DNA from: an uncultured Thermoanaerobaculia bacterium
GTDB taxonomy: Bacteria; Acidobacteriota; Thermoanaerobaculia; Thermoanaerobaculales; Sulfomarinibacteraceae
Length of the DNA stretch: 64,000 nt
Direction of reading: 5' to 3'
NCBI GenBank assembly: GCA_964641415.1
Contig: CAZXMW010000005.1
Span: 14,760-78,759 of the forward strand
A program made the translations under genes and the position numbers. Positions 9,201 through 16,422 of the stretch are shown piece after piece. The notes under the pieces were generated by a model that ran no database searches, was not told the origin of the DNA, and worked only from the letters and a program-made list of their open reading frames with translations. Every line of letters begins with the position of its first letter. The first letter of the stretch is position 1.

Positions 9201-10829
9201 ATCCCGCTGGTCGAGGGGCAGCCGCCGCGCCTCGAGTTCCACCACCGGATGCGGCTCGACCGGGGCCGCGACGGGGGACGGCTCGAGTACTCCACCAACG
9301 GCGGGCTCGACTGGCACGACATCCGTTCCGGGGACGGCCAGACCGTGCCCGACGGCCCCGGACGCTTCCTCGCCGGCGGTTACACCGACACGATCGCGGC
9401 CCCCGCCAACCCGCTTTATCTCGCGGACGCCTGGTCGGGCGACACCGCGGGCTGGGTCGATACGGTTGTCGATCTCTCCGACCTCGCCGGCCTCCGGATC
9501 CTGCTGCGCTGGCGCTTCGCCGGCGACGACACGCCGGGGGGCGACCGGGGCTGGTGGGTTGACGGTATCCGGCTGGTCGTCGATCGGGAGTGCCAGGACT
9601 GCATCCCGCCCGACCCGCCGCCGTGGCTGTGGTCGACCGCCACCGGGGACGGTGTCGAGCTGAGCTGGCCCGAGGCCCCCGGGGCTGCGACCTATCGGCT
9701 CGATCGCCGGAGCCGGTTGTCGAGCCCCGGCGAGGAGATCGCGAGGGTCGCGGCGCCGCAGACCTTCCACCTCGACGGCGAGGTCTCGGGTGGAACGACC
9801 TACTACTACACCGTCAGAGCCGACGACGGCTGCCTGTCGGACGAGTCGATCATGACGACGGTGACCGCCGTCGGACCGTGCACCCGGGCGCCGGCCTTCT
9901 GGGGTCTCGACGAGGTGGTCGACCGCCGCGAGCCAGGCTGCGCCCTCGACCTCGCCTGGCGGCCGGCCGAGCCGGGCTGTGCCGGCGCCGAGGTCCGGTA
10001 CCGGGTGTACCGGTCGCCGACCGCCGGCTTCGAGCCCGGGCCTGAGACCCTGATTGACGACGGCGTGATCGCAACCCGCGTTCGCGATCTCGGAATCGGC
10101 GACCGCGAGCGCGTCCACTACCGCGTCCGCGCGGTCGACGCCGTCAGCGGCGCCGAAGACGCCAACCCGGTGCTCCAGACCGGTTCGACCACCGGACCCG
10201 ACGAGCTTCTGTTCGAGGACTCGGTGGAGGACGGTGCGGACGGCTGGTGGACCGGCGTCGGGTCGGGCGCCGACAGCGGCACCGAGCCGTGGCGGGTGGT
10301 CGACGACCGCGCCTTCGACGGGACGCACTCCTGGTTCTGCGCCAACGAGCCGCGGGTCAAGGATCAGGTGGTCGGCCTGATCGAGCCGGTGGAGATCACC
10401 GGGTCGACGACGGTGCTCGCCTTGTCCCACCTGTTCGATCTGGAGCCGTTCTGGGACGGCGGCCGGCTCGAGTACTCGACCGATGGCGGCGCCACGTGGC
10501 AGGACATCCTGAGGGGCGGCGGCGGCGCCGTCGGCGACAACCCGAACCGGTTTCTTCGCGGCGGATACAGCGGGTTCGTCAGCTCCGGGACCGGCCATCC
10601 GTTCGGCGGTGAGCCGGCGTGGACCGGCTTCGTCGACGGCTGGTTCGAGACCGTTGTCGATCTCGGCGACTTCGCCGGGCTCACCGTCGCCCTGCGCTGG
10701 CGGCTCGGCTGCGACCGGTCGGACGCCCGGACCGGTTGGTGGCTCGACAACGTCCGGCTGATCCGGACCGTGGCGTGTGAGCCGATCGCGCCACCGGCTC
10801 CGCGAGCCGGTGGCGAACGCCGACCCTGA
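6267..10829 (+). CDS. Secreted S8 (subtilisin-like) serine protease with P-domain-like region, FN3-like domains and a duplicated C-terminal supermodule
   Basis: The catalytic triad context is HNDSGVD (Asp), HGTHTAGS (His) and TGTSQACA (Ser). There is an N-terminal signal peptide and a GTG start. Two roughly 390-aa repeats each end in GGRLEYST.GG..W.DI ... GWW.D..RL. Confidence 0.85.
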   Translation: MATNVRFPSVANRLVSVLVVLSVAGGSGAVRAAQPVLAECDRIGTTAAVIQLVHDYGDLCLVRVVGEPPIATAHRVHPVAPVGAVGFRHWSGTTVDAGLLPDGAPIVLGLIGPLDRRWRAELEAAGIEILAPAHPHALVIRGDPAAAARVLGLETSEGLPVVVGAAVLPAEARVHRSLLPLATGWDAADRPRLRAIGWDGRPIPVETKDAAPGGLARLLDERPDIGYVEPVLGIEPHNNLAGRSELLGAEEPWSLGFVGDGVTVLHNDSGVDLEHPGLAGAIVAAAGRMEYFDTAHGTHTAGSIVGRPATPAPVNASGCGDLVPGLETASGMAPGAALVTNNIFNGGFGEIPEMMAWGAGRGAQLSNNSWGLLGQTGPEVGYSAAAAEVDAAVRDADPATSGDQPMTVFFSAGNTGPDPGTVTSPGTAKNAITVGAVQNARCGAWVPAQQPGPDPEVVVTSSGRGPSQLRIKPDLVAPGSDVMSLQSQDGYAIQLWDLGWTGPLLALNTGTSQACALATGAGALLHEILWRHGRSGLRPSPALLKAALIATADRPGDAVDSDRGWGRIALSPAPTTALPIVAFDQGETAQLATGDRWSTEIAVRSADRILELAMVWTDPPGEADADHPLVNDLDLLVTMPSGAVLRGNVFDGGWSRPDPGALRDGDNNVEVVRVEQPEVGSWTVEVVGVEVAVPPVGLDGQDFAVAAVGDVGACVDQPLPPAAVQAAPAGDNAIAVTWSPVSGATRYEVARAIRPGGRPYQVVATIGGGVTSVVDAGLSGGTTYYYVVRAEGECWSADSYEVSAAATGPCTTVPLFAGIASVTGVPSASCSLELAWSPATATCPAPVSYDVYHGSTPDFEPSETNRIVEGLDAETWLDRGLEPDREAFYLVRASHAGSGDDDGNTVRIGGRPVGPDEAYLDPITAEFLHTWNRLPGSAVDPGSEPWRRTEDDAWDGLRSWFVADEPGVKDQVLELREPIPLVEGQPPRLEFHHRMRLDRGRDGGRLEYSTNGGLDWHDIRSGDGQTVPDGPGRFLAGGYTDTIAAPANPLYLADAWSGDTAGWVDTVVDLSDLAGLRILLRWRFAGDDTPGGDRGWWVDGIRLVVDRECQDCIPPDPPPWLWSTATGDGVELSWPEAPGAATYRLDRRSRLSSPGEEIARVAAPQTFHLDGEVSGGTTYYYTVRADDGCLSDESIMTTVTAVGPCTRAPAFWGLDEVVDRREPGCALDLAWRPAEPGCAGAEVRYRVYRSPTAGFEPGPETLIDDGVIATRVRDLGIGDRERVHYRVRAVDAVSGAEDANPVLQTGSTTGPDELLFEDSVEDGADGWWTGVGSGADSGTEPWRVVDDRAFDGTHSWFCANEPRVKDQVVGLIEPVEITGSTTVLALSHLFDLEPFWDGGRLEYSTDGGATWQDILRGGGGAVGDNPNRFLRGGYSGFVSSGTGHPFGGEPAWTGFVDGWFETVVDLGDFAGLTVALRWRLGCDRSDARTGWWLDNVRLIRTVACEPIAPPAPRAGGERRP

Positions 10830-10994
10830 TCCGGGGTTGGCGCCGGCAGCGAGGTGCGAGTGTCCCAGAACGGCACATGTCTCGCGGCTCGGCCGGCGCG
10901 GCTGCCGGCCGTGATTGGCATGGGCCTTGCTGGTTCCGTGGTCGACGGCCGCGGTAGATAGAGCACGGCGGCCGGAGGGCGGGAAGGTCGAGAG

Positions 10995-11384
10995 ATGAGT
11001 CGAACACACACCGGCGATGTCTACTCCACCAGCGGCGGGCTCGAGATCTCCCAGTGCGTCTGGTGCCGGCACCGATCCCAGGACGGGCGGCGGTGTCGCG
11101 CGTTTCCCGACGGTATCCCTGCAGCGATTCTCGGCAACCGCCACGACCACCGCTCACCGTACGACAATGACCGGGGTATCCGCTTCGAGCCGGAGATGGT
11201 GGAGATCGAGTTCGTCGACGTCGACCATCAAGCGAAGGACGCCCCGCTCAGCGTAGAGCTCGCCCTCGCCGCGGCGCGTTCGCGAGCCGAACGGACCCGA
11301 GGAAGCGCGGCCGAAGATGTCAATGACGACGCGTGCGAGCTCGTCATCGACGCCGAGGCGCTCGATCTCGCTGAGACGGGCTGA
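10995..11384 (+). CDS. Hypothetical small Cys-motif protein
   Basis: A gggaagg RBS lies upstream of the ATG. The motif is CVWCRH-x8-CRAFPDGIP...H...P...D.GI.F. The C-terminus is acidic. Confidence 0.5.
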   Translation: MSRTHTGDVYSTSGGLEISQCVWCRHRSQDGRRCRAFPDGIPAAILGNRHDHRSPYDNDRGIRFEPEMVEIEFVDVDHQAKDAPLSVELALAAARSRAERTRGSAAEDVNDDACELVIDAEALDLAETG

Positions 11385-11489
11385 CCGGCGAGTCGCCGTC
11401 TGGCGCCGATTCGGCCCTCGGCTGCTCTGCGCAAATCGTTCGGCCTCCGAATGATACAATCGAGATGTCCGGAGCGCAGGAGGGCCGCC

Positions 11490-12341
11490 ATGAGCCGAGC
11501 AGCGCGTGTTCTGACGATCACTGTCTTGGTGTGCGGGCCGATCATGGCCCAGGATGGCCGGTTGGGCGACGTCGCAGGGTCGATCACTCTCGATCCGAAT
11601 GCGGTGGTCGAGAAGCAGGGTGTGGTCGAGGATCCCCGAACCGCGCTGAAGGCCGACAGCGATCTGCTCGGTGAGATTCTTGCCGGGTGCTCGGCCCGGG
11701 CGGACCGGCTTGACGAGCTCATCAACGAGGCGCGTGAGACCTTTCTGACCGAGGACAGCGACATCCCGGTTCGCCTGCGCGACTCCTCGCTCGAGCTCGA
11801 GACGGCGATCCGGGAGATCGAGCTTCTGCGCCTGACCGGGATCTTGAGCGAGCCGCTGACGGCCGCCCGCCGTGCGGCCGAGGTCTGTGACGAAACGACA
11901 CGAAGCGTGCGAACCGAGCTCGCTCGCGGCGGAATCGCCTTCCGTGAAGCCAATGAAAAGGTCGCTCGCTGCCGCGGCCTGCTCGACGATGCCGCGGCCC
12001 TGCTCGCGGACGCCACGACCACCGACGAAGCGGCGGGCAACGGCGCTGCCGAAGAGGAGCAGGAATCGCCCCGGACGGCGGCAACGTCGCCCGATGACGT
12101 CATCGCGGAGCTCTGTGAGGCCCGGCGGTCCGAAGGCGAGGCGGCGGTCGAGGACTGTCGGGGGCGGCAGTACCGTGCCCTGGCGGCCATCGAGTCGCGC
12201 ACCGCAGAGTACGAGATGCTCGACGAGCTGAGCTTCGCGGGTGTGCGCAGTCTGTGCGCGACCGTCCACCTGCGGGACTTCGTCGCCCGCAACGAGTGCG
12301 AGATCGAGAAGATGACGGCGCTTCGGCTCGAGCTCGAGTGA
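11490..12341 (+). CDS. Hypothetical secreted, Cys-containing helical protein
   Basis: The signal peptide is MSRAARVLTITVLVCGPIMAQ. An aggaggg RBS lies 6-8 nt upstream of ATG 11490. The upstream ATG 11451 is less likely. Confidence 0.5.
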   Translation: MSRAARVLTITVLVCGPIMAQDGRLGDVAGSITLDPNAVVEKQGVVEDPRTALKADSDLLGEILAGCSARADRLDELINEARETFLTEDSDIPVRLRDSSLELETAIREIELLRLTGILSEPLTAARRAAEVCDETTRSVRTELARGGIAFREANEKVARCRGLLDDAAALLADATTTDEAAGNGAAEEEQESPRTAATSPDDVIAELCEARRSEGEAAVEDCRGRQYRALAAIESRTAEYEMLDELSFAGVRSLCATVHLRDFVARNECEIEKMTALRLELE

Positions 12342-12352
12342 CGGTTGGTCGG

Positions 12353-14167
12353 TCAGGGTTGACCGGGCGCTTGGCGGCGAACCGGCGGGACGACGATCTC
12401 GGTCACAGCTCGTCGCAGATCGTCATCCGCGATGAGCTCGAGCAGAGCCGGGTTGGTCCGGCACACCCTCGCCAGATGGACGATCGCCTCGCCGCGTAGA
12501 TTGCGTGCGTCGAGCCGGTTGCCGGTGTCGCGGCGTCTGCGATCCTGGTCGGCCAGCGCGAGTCCGAGACCGAACTCGGCTTCCTCGTGGGGCCACAGCC
12601 CCATGGCTCGACGGAATGCGGTCTCGGCGCCGACGCCGTCGCCGCGCGCCATCCTGGCCTGACCGACCATTCGCCACAGCCACGGTTGGGCGCTCGCCAG
12701 CGGCTCGATCCGCGCCAGGATCTGACCTTCCACGGCGGCTGCGTGGGTCGCCCGGCGGCTCGGCTCGAGCCGCTCGATGGTGGCGAGCGCGTGCCCCAGG
12801 CCACCCCGCCAGAGATTGACGATCAGCTTGTGAAGCTGCCAGTAGACGCCGGCCAGTACCAGTGCGATGGCAACCGCGACGCCGACCCGGCGGCGCCAGG
12901 CAGCCGGCTCGACGACGATCTCCCGGCCGCCGGACAGCAGGCGGCCGAGCACGAGGACCGTCGGCACGAGCCCGACCGCGAGATGGGTCGGGAAGTGAAA
13001 CAGGAGGAAGGGCAGAAATGCGGCCACCGCAAGAGCGGGCAGCGGGTCGCCGCGCGGTTTGGCCCGGAGCAGCGCGGCCGCCAAGGCGGCCATCCAGAGC
13101 AGTCCCAGAACGCCGAGCTCGGCGGTCATTTGCAGCGGGTCGCAGTGGGCGAACCGGAAGTGGGTGGCGAACTCGGCGCGGTTGCCCACCGCGCCGGTTC
13201 GGTCCAAGAAGGCGAGTCGGCTCGGGTAGAAGGAGTGGGTGAAGTTGGCGGCGCCGGTTCCGATCAGCGGTCGGCCGCGGACCATCTCGCCGGCGGCGGT
13301 CCAGCCGTCGCTGCGGGCCGACAGCAGGAAGTACCAGTCACCCATCTCGAGCCTTCTGATCTGCCGCCGAATCCGGTCGTCGAGCCCGGTGGCGAGCCCG
13401 ACGGCGATCAGCGCCAGGACGGTGGCTGCGGCCACCACCCACAGCCGGCGCGATCGTCGCTGAACCAGCCAGAGACCCCAGACCAACACGACCGCAACCA
13501 GCGCAGTCATGGTCTGGGACACGACCGCCGCTCCGGTCAGCAGCACGGCGAGGAAGTGTCGGAAGCGCCTCTCGCCGGGTGAGCACTCCGGTGCGGCCAG
13601 CACCAGCGGGAGCAGCAGAACGGCAGCCGCCGCGAGGTCGGCCGGGTTACCGGTGAGCCCGGTGAGCGCGAGGCGCCCGGTGGGTCCGCTGAGTCCGATC
13701 GCGAACACCGCAGCGCCGGCCGCCTGGGCGAACATCACCAGTGCCGACACTGCGGCGCCGATAGCCGCAGCGTCGACCAGCCGGCGGTGCTCCGGGCCCC
13801 CGGTGGTTGCGAGCCAGAGCGCTCCGGACACCCAGATCGCCGACGACAAGGCGGCGTCGAGGGCGAGGCGCGGACTGCCGCTCCACAGCATTGACAGCGC
13901 CTGCAGGACGGGCAGGGCGAGCAGCACAAGGGCAGCGGGCGACCAGCGCAGCGTCAGCCGCCCACGGGCGAAGCCGGCGGCGGCGCTGAGCCCGACGACG
14001 GCCAGCAGCGCGGACAGCGCGACAACTTCCTTGGGCGCTCGAAACGGACTCGCCGCACCGGGCAGCACCACGATCTCGACGAGCAGAAAGGCCGCCGCGA
14101 GCAGCCACACGCTTTTCCTCACGGTCGCCGGTGTCGGCGGGGGAGTCGCTCGCTGTTTCCGTGCCAC
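12353..14167 (-). CDS. O-antigen ligase (Wzy_C)-like polytopic membrane protein with C-terminal TPR-like region
   Basis: There are about 10 TM helices and the motif GTGAANFTH...FAHCDPLQMTAELG. The start is uncertain: GTG 14167 or GTG 14122. The annotated 1180-aa ORF extends antisense over the POT gene and is not credible upstream. Confidence 0.6.
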   Translation of the reverse strand: MARKQRATPPPTPATVRKSVWLLAAAFLLVEIVVLPGAASPFRAPKEVVALSALLAVVGLSAAAGFARGRLTLRWSPAALVLLALPVLQALSMLWSGSPRLALDAALSSAIWVSGALWLATTGGPEHRRLVDAAAIGAAVSALVMFAQAAGAAVFAIGLSGPTGRLALTGLTGNPADLAAAAVLLLPLVLAAPECSPGERRFRHFLAVLLTGAAVVSQTMTALVAVVLVWGLWLVQRRSRRLWVVAAATVLALIAVGLATGLDDRIRRQIRRLEMGDWYFLLSARSDGWTAAGEMVRGRPLIGTGAANFTHSFYPSRLAFLDRTGAVGNRAEFATHFRFAHCDPLQMTAELGVLGLLWMAALAAALLRAKPRGDPLPALAVAAFLPFLLFHFPTHLAVGLVPTVLVLGRLLSGGREIVVEPAAWRRRVGVAVAIALVLAGVYWQLHKLIVNLWRGGLGHALATIERLEPSRRATHAAAVEGQILARIEPLASAQPWLWRMVGQARMARGDGVGAETAFRRAMGLWPHEEAEFGLGLALADQDRRRRDTGNRLDARNLRGEAIVHLARVCRTNPALLELIADDDLRRAVTEIVVPPVRRQAPGQP

Positions 14168-14332
14168 GGCGAGATGGTACCGGAAACCGCGCGCACGGTG
14201 TGAGCGCGGCCGGTCGCGATGCCCGATGACCCGAGCTCGCCTCACGATTTCGTTTCCGACCCGAGCTGCGATAGGATGCCGCGGGCCCGCCTCGGCGGGC
14301 CCGCGACTCGATGCGCTCGGAAGGAGACTCAC

Positions 14333-16288
14333 ATGGCGTTCGGACACCCGAAGGGACTCTTCCCGCTGTTCTTCACCGAGATGTGGGAGCGACTGGCCTT
14401 CTACACCATGGTCGGCATCCTGCTCCTGTACACCATCGATGCGGAACGCGGGGGCCTCGGGTTGCCGCGGGCGCAGGGCAACGAGATCTACGGGCTGTAC
14501 CTGGCGTTCGTCTACTTCACGCCGTTTCTCGGCGGCATGATCGCCGACCGCTACCTCGGGTACCGTCGATCGGTGGCGATCGGCGGGCTGCTCATGGCGA
14601 GCGGACTGTTCATGATGGGCATCCCGGGCTACACCTTCTTCGTCATGGGCCTGATCGGCCTCATCGTCGGCAACGGCTTCTTCAAGCCCAACATCTCGGT
14701 GATGGTCGGCAACCTGTACGAGCCCGGTGACCCGAAGCGCGACTCGGGCTTCAACATCTTCTACATGGGGATCAACGTCGGCGCTCTCGCGGCGACGCTC
14801 ATCGTCGCCCCGATCGTGCGGAACTACTTCGGCTGGCTGTGGACCTTCCGTGCCGCCGGCATCGGCGTGCTGTTCGCGGTGGTGCTGCTGGCGATCTTCT
14901 GGCGGTCCCTGGCCAATGCCGACCGGCAGCCCGAGCGGAGCGCAGGCGACACCTCGATGGGCGAGATCTTCGGCAAGATCCTGGCGCCGGCGTTCATCGT
15001 CGGGTTCATCGGCTACTTCGCCGCCAAGCAGTTCGAGATGCAGCTGGTCCGGCCGTCGGACTTCGGTTTCCTGGTCGGGATGATCCCGGTGGTCATCTTC
15101 TTCGTCCGGCTCGGGCTCACCGCCAATGAGGAGGAGCGCCCCGGGCTGCTCGCCCTGCTGCCGATCTTCGTCGCCGGCGGCGCCTTCTTCATGATCCTCC
15201 ACCTCAACGGCAGCGCCATGACCCAGTGGGCGCGCGACTACACCGACCGCAGGCCGGGGGTCGCCGCCAGCGTCCCGCTGATCGGGCAGATTCAGCAGGA
15301 TGCCCTGCCCAGCTACTACCTCAACGCCGGTCAGGACGTGCCCCGGCCCCATCCCGACAGCCTGCTCGTGGTGGCCTCGTCGGAGATCGCCAACCAGTTC
15401 GGTCAGAGCCGGATGCGGGAGAGCGCGGTGGCGACCCTGGACGGCTTCGCCGGCATCTCCGTCGTGCGGGTCGGACCGAAGGGCTCGGGTCAGGACCTCG
15501 ACTCCGCCTGGCTGGACCGGGCGGTCAAGGTCTACCCCGACGACGAGGTCAATGTCCGGACCGAAACCGGTTCCCACGGCGAGAAAATCACCACCGTCGC
15601 GCTCGGTGACGGTGCGGTGCCGACCGGCCAGGTCGTGCTGCTCAGGGAGCTCTCGGACGGCGTCCGGATCCCGGTGTTCGTCGTCGACGAGGCGACCAGG
15701 GATGCCATCTACGGTGGCTTCATCGCGCGCTACGGCCGCCCGCCCGACTACTTGCCTCCAGGTCGCTTCCTGCAGGTCGTCAACGCCGAGGTCTACCAGA
15801 GCTGGAACCCGTTCTGGGTCATCTTCCTGACCCCGGTCGTGGTCTGGTTCTTCGGCTGGAGGCTCAAGCTCGGCAAGCCGGTACCGACCGCTCACAAGCT
15901 GCTCTACGGCATGCTGCTGACCACCGCCGCGCTGCTCATCATGGCGGTCGCGGGGTCCCAGACGGACGCCGGTGCGGTCAAGGTGGCCGGGTTGTGGATG
16001 GCGATCTTCTACCTGGTGATCACCCTCGGCGAGCTCTGTCTGTCACCGATCGGGCTGTCGTTGGTGACCAAGCTCGCGCCGCCCCGGCTGGTCGGTCTCG
16101 CGATGGGCGGATGGTTCCTGGCGACCTCGATCGGCAACAAGTTCTCGGGCTTTCTGGGTGCGGTCCAGAATCACATGGAGCCCATGTGGTTCTTCGTATT
16201 CCTGGCCGGGCTGGCGGCCGTGGTGGCGACCTTCATCTTTCTCGTGCTGCCCAGGCTCGACCGCGCAATCAAGAAGTACGGAGCATAG
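14333..16288 (+). CDS. Proton-dependent oligopeptide transporter (POT/PTR2 family)
   Basis: The N-terminus is GHPKGLFPLFFTEMWERLAFYTMVGILLLY, followed by FTPFLGGMIADRYLG (PTR2 signatures). An aaggag RBS lies 7 nt before the ATG. Confidence 0.85.
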   Translation: MAFGHPKGLFPLFFTEMWERLAFYTMVGILLLYTIDAERGGLGLPRAQGNEIYGLYLAFVYFTPFLGGMIADRYLGYRRSVAIGGLLMASGLFMMGIPGYTFFVMGLIGLIVGNGFFKPNISVMVGNLYEPGDPKRDSGFNIFYMGINVGALAATLIVAPIVRNYFGWLWTFRAAGIGVLFAVVLLAIFWRSLANADRQPERSAGDTSMGEIFGKILAPAFIVGFIGYFAAKQFEMQLVRPSDFGFLVGMIPVVIFFVRLGLTANEEERPGLLALLPIFVAGGAFFMILHLNGSAMTQWARDYTDRRPGVAASVPLIGQIQQDALPSYYLNAGQDVPRPHPDSLLVVASSEIANQFGQSRMRESAVATLDGFAGISVVRVGPKGSGQDLDSAWLDRAVKVYPDDEVNVRTETGSHGEKITTVALGDGAVPTGQVVLLRELSDGVRIPVFVVDEATRDAIYGGFIARYGRPPDYLPPGRFLQVVNAEVYQSWNPFWVIFLTPVVVWFFGWRLKLGKPVPTAHKLLYGMLLTTAALLIMAVAGSQTDAGAVKVAGLWMAIFYLVITLGELCLSPIGLSLVTKLAPPRLVGLAMGGWFLATSIGNKFSGFLGAVQNHMEPMWFFVFLAGLAAVVATFIFLVLPRLDRAIKKYGA

Positions 16289-16421
16289 TGTTGAGTTTTG
16301 AGTGTTTAGTTTTTAGTTCCATCGCACATGAGTCCTTTCGCGGTGGAATCACGCTGCGATGGAAACTCAAAACTAAACACTAAAAACTGAGAACTGAGAA
16401 CTGAGAACTGAGAACTGAGAA
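16289..16421. repeat. AT-rich imperfect inverted repeat with a ccatcgca/tgcgatgg clamp and (ctgagaa)x5 heptamer array. It fills the whole convergent intergenic gap.
   Basis: The left arm is gttgagttttgagtgtttagtttttagtt-ccatcgca and the 28-nt centre follows. The right arm is tgcgatgg-aaactcaaaactaaacactaaaaa plus five ctgagaa units (16387-16421). Confidence 0.85.
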
Positions 16422-16422
16422 C

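Noticed and set aside
5334-11150. Long minus-strand ORFs 5334..7670 and 7800..11150, with similar ones at 16426..18372(+), 19917..21773(-), 30691..33048(-), 41283..43538(-), 46790..48598(-) and 60984..63389(-)
   Set aside because: Each lies antisense to a gene with clear catalytic motifs (S8 protease, GTs, kinase, dnaK, secA). All are Arg/Gly/Pro/Asp-rich with no recognisable domains. These are the classic stop-codon-poor shadow ORFs of high-GC DNA.
14281-14304. GC palindrome gcgggcccgcctcggcgggcccgc in the POT transporter leader as an attenuator
   Set aside because: There is no U tract, no alternative pairing partner and no leader peptide. GC-rich palindromes of this size are frequent in such genomes, so there is not enough support.
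12353-15895. Single 1180-aa ORF on the minus strand
   Set aside because: Only the C-terminal 590-605 aa look like a real protein (a polytopic O-antigen-ligase-like protein). The N-terminal half is antisense to the well-supported POT transporter gene and has the Arg/Asp/Gly/Pro-rich composition typical of GC shadow frames.
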